NCBI GenBank assembly: GCA_036156175.1
Contig: JAYZVA010000090.1
Location: 1,609-65,608 of the forward strand
Source of the DNA: Myxococcota bacterium
GTDB lineage: Bacteria; Myxococcota_A; UBA796
Length of the DNA: 64,000 bases
Direction: 5' to 3'
Shown here: piece by piece, positions 45,849 to 52,748 of the stretch
Layout of the letters: every line of letters begins with the position of its first letter
Position numbering within the stretch: the stretch's first letter is position 1
The notes under the pieces: generated by a model
Seen by the model: only the letters and a program-made list of their open reading frames with translations
Databases searched by the model: none
What the model was told of the DNA's origin: nothing
Position numbers and translations under genes: made by a program

Positions 45849-45996
45849 AAGGCCTTCCTTCGGGGGCAAGGGGGCACCCCTGACTGCGATGAACGCCCAG
45901 AATGCAGGAACAAAAGCGCATCACCGCGTGTGAAAACATGGGCTCCCGCACCGGAGTTGCGCCGCTCAGGCGCCACCGGTGCCGGTCCGTTCGGCG

Positions 45997-46878
45997 CTAC
46001 CGCTCGCTCAGCTCATCGTAGGCGTCGGGGCGCCGATCCCGGTAGAACTGCCAGGTGTTGCGCACCTCATCGATCATCGACAAGTCGAGGTCGGCGATGA
46101 CCAACTCGTCGTCGTCCTCCGAGCCGCAGGCTTCAAACTGGCCACGGGGATTCACGAAATACGAGTTGCCGTAAAACTTGCCGATGTTCCACGGTGCTTC
46201 GGTTCCGACCCGGTTGATGGCGCCCACGAAGTAGCCGTTGGCCACGGCGTGCGCGGGCTGCTCGAGCTTCCAGAGGTACTGGCTGAGTCCGGCCACCGTC
46301 GCCGATGGGTTGAACACGATCTCCGCGCCGTTCAAGCCGAGGCACCGCGCGCCCTCGGGAAAGTGCCTGTCGTAGCAGATGTAGACGCCCACCTTGGCGT
46401 ACTTGGTATCGAAGATTGGGTACCCGCCGTCGCCGGGAGCGAAGAAGAACTTCTCCCAGAAGCCGGCCACCTGAGGGATGTGTTGTTTGCGGTACTTGCC
46501 CAGGTATGTGCCGTCGGCATCGATGACCGCAGCGGTGTTGAAGTAGACCCCGCGGCGATCGGCTTTCTCGTAGACCGACGCCACAATGACCATGTCGTAC
46601 TTCTTGGCGTATTCAGCCAACGCGTGGGTCGTTGGGCCGGGGACCGGCTCAGCGGCCGCGTACCAGCGGGGGTCTTGGCTTGGGCAGAAATACGGCCCAT
46701 TGAAGATTTCTTGGAGGCAGAGGATCTGCACGCCTTTCTCACCGGCCTCCTCAATGAACGGGATGTGCTTGTCGTACATCGCCTTTTGGATGTCGGCGAC
46801 GGGCACACTCTCGTCGTTGATGGGGTTGCTGCACTGAATCAGGCCGCAACGGACGATGTCGTTCTTGGACTCTGCCAT
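45997..46878 (-). CDS. Beta-ureidopropionase-like carbon-nitrogen hydrolase (nitrilase superfamily)
   Basis: Catalytic triad contexts: LCLQEIF (Glu), YRKQHIP (Lys), ICYDRHFPE (Cys). GGAGGA lies upstream of the ATG. Confidence 0.8.
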   Translation of the reverse strand: MAESKNDIVRCGLIQCSNPINDESVPVADIQKAMYDKHIPFIEEAGEKGVQILCLQEIFNGPYFCPSQDPRWYAAAEPVPGPTTHALAEYAKKYDMVIVASVYEKADRRGVYFNTAAVIDADGTYLGKYRKQHIPQVAGFWEKFFFAPGDGGYPIFDTKYAKVGVYICYDRHFPEGARCLGLNGAEIVFNPSATVAGLSQYLWKLEQPAHAVANGYFVGAINRVGTEAPWNIGKFYGNSYFVNPRGQFEACGSEDDDELVIADLDLSMIDEVRNTWQFYRDRRPDAYDELSER

Positions 46879-46985
46879 GGGTTCCTCCGGGGGTCGGTGG
46901 TCGATGTAGTCCTGTATGCCGCGGTCTTCAAGAGCGGCAACAGCGGCTAAGCATACCGGAGGGCCGTGCAGTCGGGGTCGCGGCG

Positions 46986-47777
46986 ATGATAGATCCATGG
47001 GGAATTGGGGACCAAATGTTCTGGAAGACCACCACCGGTGTGCACGGCATCAGCGTCGATCCTTCGGGCGTGATCCTATCCGTCGGCCGCGGCCATTCCG
47101 CGACGGCGAGCACTGTTTCTCATCTTCAGTTCATGGATGGACTGCACCATCACCGCGTCCGAACCGAACACGGCGAAGCCGTGCTCGAGCGGGCCGTTGC
47201 CGAATGCCACCGCTACGTCGATCCCCACCTCCACCGGTCGTTATTTGCGGCGCGTTTGGCCACTTGGCGATCGCTGCCCAGCGACCCGGAATTGGAGCAC
47301 ATCGCGGCACGACCCGACGAAGCGGGTCGGCGTGCGGGCGCCCAATCGGACTGGGTCTTGGAGTTCAATCCCCTCGATCGGGTCCGAATCGCCCAAGAAG
47401 GCGCCACGTGGACGGCCGCCCACGGTCGCCAGACAGCCCACCCCACGCGTCGGTCTGCCGTGTTGGTCACCGAACAGTGGTTGTATGCGGTTGGCCCGGG
47501 CGTTCAGATTCATTCCAAGACCGGCGACGCCGTCCTGGCAGCGGCATCCGCAGAGCCCGCCCTCGGGGTCAACCCATGGGGCTTTGGGCACTGCGTTCAA
47601 GCCCACGAACTGTACCGAGCGGGCAGTCGCGTGGTCGCCACCTACTCGCTGCCCGAGGCGGTGCATTCCCCGGAACTCCGCCGGGTGATCGATTCCCACG
47701 GGCTTGTGGAGCTCTGCCCCCGTCGGGGGATCGTGAGCCGGTTCAGCACCGAGCGATTTCGACCGCGGAGGCCTTAG
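46986..47777 (+). CDS. Hypothetical protein
   Basis: ORF only; I recognised no family. The start is uncertain (46986 or 47016). Confidence 0.35.
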   Translation: MIDPWGIGDQMFWKTTTGVHGISVDPSGVILSVGRGHSATASTVSHLQFMDGLHHHRVRTEHGEAVLERAVAECHRYVDPHLHRSLFAARLATWRSLPSDPELEHIAARPDEAGRRAGAQSDWVLEFNPLDRVRIAQEGATWTAAHGRQTAHPTRRSAVLVTEQWLYAVGPGVQIHSKTGDAVLAAASAEPALGVNPWGFGHCVQAHELYRAGSRVVATYSLPEAVHSPELRRVIDSHGLVELCPRRGIVSRFSTERFRPRRP

Positions 47778-48100
47778 CTGCCGTCGGCGGCTTCGCCCGT
47801 GTCGCCTCCGCCTTCTTCGGCGTCCCCCGTATCGTCCGCTCCGCCCGTGTCGGAGTCGGGTGGGCCGCCATCGGCGTCACCGGGGTCGCCTTCGTCGCCA
47901 TCATCGGCATCGCCGCCCTCGTCGGCGTCTGCATCGGCGTCGGCGTCCGCATCGGCATCCGCATCTGCATCCGCATCCAGGTCCATCGCTTCGCCTTCTT
48001 GACCGCCCAGTTCTCCGCCGGGATCCTCATCCACGGACATCGACGTGCACGCACCCACCCACAGGGCGGAAATCAGGGTCAAGAGCATGGTCAATCGCAT
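47774..48100 (-). CDS. Small highly acidic lipoprotein with a (Asp-Ala)n tract
   Basis: Start MRLTMLLTLISALWVGAC (lipobox). The mature part is D/E/G-rich and contains D-(AD)9. Confidence 0.55.
   Translation of the reverse strand: MRLTMLLTLISALWVGACTSMSVDEDPGGELGGQEGEAMDLDADADADADADADADADADEGGDADDGDEGDPGDADGGPPDSDTGGADDTGDAEEGGGDTGEAADGS
47921..47977 (-). repeat. Coding dipeptide repeat (Asp-Ala) x ~9.5
   Basis: Codon by codon this reads D A D A ... D over 19 codons. The codons vary (GAT/GAC; GCA/GCC/GCG), so the DNA repeat is imperfect. Confidence 0.8.
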
Positions 48101-48170
48101 GGGAACTCCCCGGTTGAGTCTGCACGGTACCACCGAAATCGTCGACCCGCGAATGGAACGATCGACGGCC

Positions 48171-49346
48171 TCAGCCCATGGCTTTGCGCCGATCAATCTC
48201 CGCCAAAATCAACCGCAACTCGCGGCCCACCTGACCGGCGACCGACCGGTTCTCTTGGGCGCGGCGGATCAGGTACGGCACCACGTCACGCACGGGACCG
48301 TAGGGTACGTACTTGCTCGCATTGCCGCCCGCCCGGGCCAGATTGAAGCTGATGTGGTCACTCATGCCGTACAGCTGCGCAAAGTGAATGTGGGGGTGAT
48401 CGAGCGGCACGCCGCAGTCGGCAGCCGCCGACACCACGAGCTGGCACGACCGTTCGTTGTGAGTGGCCGCGCAGAACGCAATCGCGTCGATGTGCTCGAT
48501 GCAGTACAGCACCGCGGCATCAAAGTCGGCGTCGACGGCCGCTTTGGAGACGTGGATGGGGTTTTCATACCCCTTCTCTTCAGCGCGGGCGGCTTCCTTC
48601 TCCATGTAGGCCCCGCGCACCAGCTTGACCCCCAACAAGTAGTCGCCGGTCACCGCCCGCTTGTGCGAGGCCTTGAGGTAGGCCAGCCGGTCGTGACGGT
48701 ACAGCTGCACGGTGTTGAAGACGGTGGGTTTGTGGCGGTTGAATCGCGCCATCAACCCTTCCACCACCCCGTCGATGGCGTCTTGGATCCACGACTCTTC
48801 GGCGTCGATGTAGACGCACACATCGAGGTCCGCCGCCGCCGTGCAGATCTCGGTGAGCCGGTCGTTCATTCGCTCGACTGCCGCGCGGTCGTCGGCATCG
48901 AGCACTGCGCCGGCGTTCAACTTTTCGAGCAGCGCGAAGGGCGCGTAGCCCGTGACCTTGCAGCTCACGTAGGGCACGGACGGATTGGCATCGGCAAACC
49001 GAATGCACCGCAGCTGTTCGACCAGGTTGGCGTCGAACTCGTCCTGGCTCTCTTTGGCTTCGACGCCGTAGTCCAGGATGGTGCTGACGCCCTGCGCGGC
49101 CAGACCCGCCACCATGGGTTCGGACTCCTCGAGGCTCTCGCCACCGCAGAAGTGCTCGTAGATGGTCGCCTTCAAGATGGAATCCACCGGCAGCCCAATC
49201 TGCAATGCGAGGTTGGTGATGTGGGAGCCAATGTCCACAATCGTGCTGTTCGACATGATGCGAAACAGCCACGCCGACTTCTGCAGTTCGGTGTCGTCCT
49301 TGCCCGCGAAGGCCACGAGGGTGTCGTCGAAGCGCACGGTGCTCAT
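48171..49346 (-). CDS. Proline dehydrogenase (monofunctional PutA-like)
   Basis: FAGKDDTELQKSAWLFRIM...YEHFCGGES...ILDYGVE...VKLVRGAY...FATHN...FAQLYGM. A TACGAT box lies 6 nt upstream of the ATG. Confidence 0.85.
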   Translation of the reverse strand: MSTVRFDDTLVAFAGKDDTELQKSAWLFRIMSNSTIVDIGSHITNLALQIGLPVDSILKATIYEHFCGGESLEESEPMVAGLAAQGVSTILDYGVEAKESQDEFDANLVEQLRCIRFADANPSVPYVSCKVTGYAPFALLEKLNAGAVLDADDRAAVERMNDRLTEICTAAADLDVCVYIDAEESWIQDAIDGVVEGLMARFNRHKPTVFNTVQLYRHDRLAYLKASHKRAVTGDYLLGVKLVRGAYMEKEAARAEEKGYENPIHVSKAAVDADFDAAVLYCIEHIDAIAFCAATHNERSCQLVVSAAADCGVPLDHPHIHFAQLYGMSDHISFNLARAGGNASKYVPYGPVRDVVPYLIRRAQENRSVAGQVGRELRLILAEIDRRKAMG

Positions 49347-49506
49347 GGCCCCATCGTAACGCACCCTGAAACGAAAAGGATGCCCCACCTCCGAAGCGGC
49401 CCGTGCCCTTGATTTCGGTCCCCGGAGATGAACGGCAAACAAGACGAATCCGCGCGTCCACAGAGGCTACACGCTCCATGCAGGGACCGCGGGCGACCAT
49501 TCCCTT

Positions 49507-51531
49507 TTGCGTCGACGGGCGGTGCTGGCCTATCGTGACCGTGGCGCGCCACCCGGAGATTCAACCCTGCAACGCTTTCTGACCAACCGTCCGTGGATTG
49601 AGTGGCTCTTGTACGGACTGCTGCTCACGGCCATCTTCGGCCCGGCTGTGGCCGACGCCAACGCGGTCATCGGCGCCGACGTCGATCTGCGCGGAACCCT
49701 CTGGTATTTCTGGTGGTTTGGCGATGCCCTGCTGAGCGGCGAGAGCACAGAAATCACCAACCTGTTTTGCTATCCCTATGGCGTCGACATCCACGCCCAA
49801 ACGGGCGGGAACTTTCTCGATGCGGCCTTGTCGGTGCCCTTCCAGTGGGTATTCGGCACGCCCGGCTACTATGCCGTATTCGTCATGGCGCTCTTTGCCG
49901 CCAACGCCTTGGCCTTCCGGTCGCTGCTCCGCACCATTGGTGTCGGGGCGGGCGCGCGTGTGGCGGGGACGCTGTTCTGGATGGTCAACCCGTTCGTGTT
50001 CCACGAACTCATCTGGGGCCGCCCCACCCAAGCGTTCATGCTGTTCAGTTTGTTGGCCATCCGATCGTTCTGGCTGCTCCACCGCGAGCCCCGGCTTCGC
50101 CATGCGGCCTGGACCGGCGTGTGGGTGGGGCTGCAGGGGCTCACGTACTGGTACGCCGGCTATTTCCTGGCCTTTGTGCTGGGATGGATGGCCCTCTGCC
50201 TGGGTCGAAGCACGGCGGCCAAAGTGGGCGCGGGCAAGCTCGCGGGACTGTACGGCGCCGGCGCAGCGGTCTGCGGCATGCTGCTGGCCCGCGCCGTCGG
50301 CCGCATCATGAGCAAAGCCGACAGCGGGTCGATCCCCATGGACAGCATCGCCAGCGGCAGCTGGCTTGTGCCGGACACCCTCGCCAACTACGTGGGCGGA
50401 TTCATTCTGGGCTACCAAGTGACCGAAGGCCACGGCTACCCCATGCTGCAGAGCTGGCTGTGGGCGCCGCTCCTGCTGGCAGCGCTCGCGGCGGGGCAGC
50501 GGCGGCTGTTGTGGCTGGGCGCAGTCGTCGTCACCCTGGCCGTTGCCACCGGACCCGAGTGGGTGGTGGGCGACACGTTGTTCCGGATGCCCCAGTACAT
50601 GGCGCTGTACCACGTGCTCCCTTTCTTCGAGCGGCTGTGGTTTCCCTACCGAATATTGGGCTTCACCTTCATTGCCCTCTCGGTGGCGGGCGCCCTGCTC
50701 GTCGACAAACACATCCGCCTGCGCTGGGTGCTTCCCGCCGCATTGGTGCTGTTTGGCCTCGGTGTCGCAGAATCGGTCCGCCTGAAGGCCATTCCACTCA
50801 TGACCACCGACGTGACCGCTCCCACCGTCGCCGATCGCATTCGAGACGAAGGCGGACCTGTCATCAACGTGCCGTTCGACTCTGGCGACGTCTCGGTGCT
50901 GCTGCAGGTCGCCCACGGCCAGCCCATCTTGAGCGGCATGGGGGAAAATTCCGCCTACTTCAAGCCCCAAGAACACCTCGACCGCATGGAGAACAACACC
51001 TTTTTGCGCTTCTTGGATGAGATCGTTCTCGAGCGCGAAGAGGAACTCGCGTTCACGGCGAGCGACAAAGCCGCCATCGAAGCCCAAGGGTTTCGGTGGG
51101 TGGTGTTGTTCCGAGAACAGGTGCTGGCCACCCAGACCCGGTTTTACAACGACGCCGCCGAAGCGGACGCCCCAGCCATGAGCTTCGAGCAGATGCGATT
51201 CAAGACCGCATTCGACGTGCAGCGCGCCATCAGCGAGCACCTCGGCCCCGCGCTCATGGTCGACGGACAATACGTGCTCTGGGACCTGCAAAACCCGCAG
51301 ACCGCCCCGTGCTGCGACAACGAATACGCCCTGCTGTGGCGGGAAGCATCCAACCCCCACTTTGAAGTGCTCGAGCGAATGGGGCGGTCACTGACCAACA
51401 AAATGCAGCCGCCCGCAGAGGAGACGCTCGACCCCAATGTGGTGCCGCCGGAGGTGGTGCCCATGCCGCCTCCGAGCCCCGGTCAGCCGCCTAGGGGACC
51501 AGGCCCCGCTCCTTCAACACCCCGGCGATGA
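49507..51531 (+). CDS. Large polytopic membrane protein (glycosyltransferase-39/YfhO-like topology), Pro-rich C-terminus
   Basis: There are more than 10 hydrophobic segments in the N-terminal 400 aa, followed by a soluble domain. The only available start is non-ATG (TTG 49507 or GTG 49522). Confidence 0.55.
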   Translation: MRRRAVLAYRDRGAPPGDSTLQRFLTNRPWIEWLLYGLLLTAIFGPAVADANAVIGADVDLRGTLWYFWWFGDALLSGESTEITNLFCYPYGVDIHAQTGGNFLDAALSVPFQWVFGTPGYYAVFVMALFAANALAFRSLLRTIGVGAGARVAGTLFWMVNPFVFHELIWGRPTQAFMLFSLLAIRSFWLLHREPRLRHAAWTGVWVGLQGLTYWYAGYFLAFVLGWMALCLGRSTAAKVGAGKLAGLYGAGAAVCGMLLARAVGRIMSKADSGSIPMDSIASGSWLVPDTLANYVGGFILGYQVTEGHGYPMLQSWLWAPLLLAALAAGQRRLLWLGAVVVTLAVATGPEWVVGDTLFRMPQYMALYHVLPFFERLWFPYRILGFTFIALSVAGALLVDKHIRLRWVLPAALVLFGLGVAESVRLKAIPLMTTDVTAPTVADRIRDEGGPVINVPFDSGDVSVLLQVAHGQPILSGMGENSAYFKPQEHLDRMENNTFLRFLDEIVLEREEELAFTASDKAAIEAQGFRWVVLFREQVLATQTRFYNDAAEADAPAMSFEQMRFKTAFDVQRAISEHLGPALMVDGQYVLWDLQNPQTAPCCDNEYALLWREASNPHFEVLERMGRSLTNKMQPPAEETLDPNVVPPEVVPMPPPSPGQPPRGPGPAPSTPRR

Positions 51532-52687
51532 CCTCGGCCATCAGCTTGTAGCCATCGGCATCCGGATGACCACCATCGAAGAACAGCGGTTCCCGCATCG
51601 ACGGTCGCGATTCGAACTCCGCCAGGACTTCCTTGGCGATGACCGAGGGCGGGACCCCAAAGAAAGGCGAGCGCTTTGGCACCTCGGGGGCCACCGCCGA
51701 GGCGATGGTTTCGCCTTGCGGAGTGACCAACAGCTGCCGCCCATTCACCGTCTGCATGGTCACGAGCACCTCTCCAGACTTGGCTCCACTGTAGGCCGCC
51801 TGGCCGTCGCGGAACGCGCGGGTGAGGCCAATTACCGGCACCGGATCCATCGCCGCCGTCACTGCCGCGACGTCCGCCGCCACCGGATCGCTGGCCCCCT
51901 CATACGCACCGGCGATGTCGGGCATCTGCAGGTCAAAGGTCGACAGAGCCGGGAGCACAACCACCAACGGCGCATCGCCCGCCAGCTCCGCCAACTCCTT
52001 CATTGACTTGGCAAACATGCCCACTGGATCCTGTTCCGGGTAGGGCGGACGCAGCGAGTAGATCACCAGGTCGGGCTCGAGATCCGCCAGGTACTTCTTG
52101 GCCCAGCGCACCATGCCCGCCGAGATTCCGGCCGGTGCCGAAGCGTTGACCACCTGGACCCCCAGCAACCGCTCCAAGTGGGCCGGATAGCTCTGTTCGT
52201 ACGGAACGCCCCAGCCAAAGCTCTCGGAAGCGCCCATCGCAACGACGCGAAACCCCTTTTTCTGGCCCACATACGTGTGGTTGCGTCCGGCTTTGCCATC
52301 CGGAATTCGAATCCCGTTTGCGTCGGTGCTGATGGTGAAGGACCGCCGGCGGGTGAATTCGTCCCCGATCTTGCGGCTGCGCACTTCGTTTGGATTGTGC
52401 GGCCGATCGGGCACCGTGGTTTCGACGGCCTTCAGATTGGCCTTCAGTCCGAGACTGATTTCGCCCAAGGGCGCGTCGAGTTGGTGATCGGGGTGTTCCT
52501 CGGGCGGAGGCCGGAACGCGGCCTCTTGCGCCGCCCCATCGAAAATGCCGGCCTGGTTTTTCTCAACCTGGGTCTGGTATGCATCCCAAACGACGTACAC
52601 CGAGCCAACAGCGACCAACGCCACCGCGCCCCACACCAATCGAAACACAACGGGGTTGGGGCCGGCTCCGGGTTCTTTTTCACTCAT
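51491..52687 (-). CDS. SGNH/GDSL-family hydrolase with N-terminal membrane anchor
   Basis: VVAMGASESFGWG (block I, GAS in place of GDS) and FDGGHPDADGY (block V DxxH). Start MSEKEPG with GAGG upstream. Confidence 0.65.
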   Translation of the reverse strand: MSEKEPGAGPNPVVFRLVWGAVALVAVGSVYVVWDAYQTQVEKNQAGIFDGAAQEAAFRPPPEEHPDHQLDAPLGEISLGLKANLKAVETTVPDRPHNPNEVRSRKIGDEFTRRRSFTISTDANGIRIPDGKAGRNHTYVGQKKGFRVVAMGASESFGWGVPYEQSYPAHLERLLGVQVVNASAPAGISAGMVRWAKKYLADLEPDLVIYSLRPPYPEQDPVGMFAKSMKELAELAGDAPLVVVLPALSTFDLQMPDIAGAYEGASDPVAADVAAVTAAMDPVPVIGLTRAFRDGQAAYSGAKSGEVLVTMQTVNGRQLLVTPQGETIASAVAPEVPKRSPFFGVPPSVIAKEVLAEFESRPSMREPLFFDGGHPDADGYKLMAEVIAGVLKERGLVP

Positions 52688-52718
52688 GATCAACCTCGCA
52701 CACGGATCTATGGGCCGT

Positions 52719-52731
52719 TCGGCGGTATAAT
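52719..52731 (+). promoter_or_regulatory. Candidate promoter -10 region (TCGGCGG-TATAAT)
   Basis: A perfect TATAAT at 52726-52731 is preceded by TCGGCGG, 17 nt upstream of the ATG at 52749. Confidence 0.45.
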
Positions 52732-52748
52732 GCACGTGGAAGTTCACC

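Noticed and set aside
45974-45981. Palindrome CACCGGTG shared by the NCS1 upstream spacer (45974-45981) and the selenoprotein promoter (22442-22449, within CCACCGGTGG).
   Set aside because: An 8-mer of this composition is expected a couple of times by chance in 64 kb of GC-rich DNA. Two occurrences are not enough to claim a shared operator.
47921-47977. Asp-Ala coding repeat considered as a CRISPR-like or microsatellite repeat.
   Set aside because: It has 6-nt periodicity inside an ORF, with synonymous codon variation and no spacers. It is a low-complexity coding tract, not a CRISPR array or a pure SSR.
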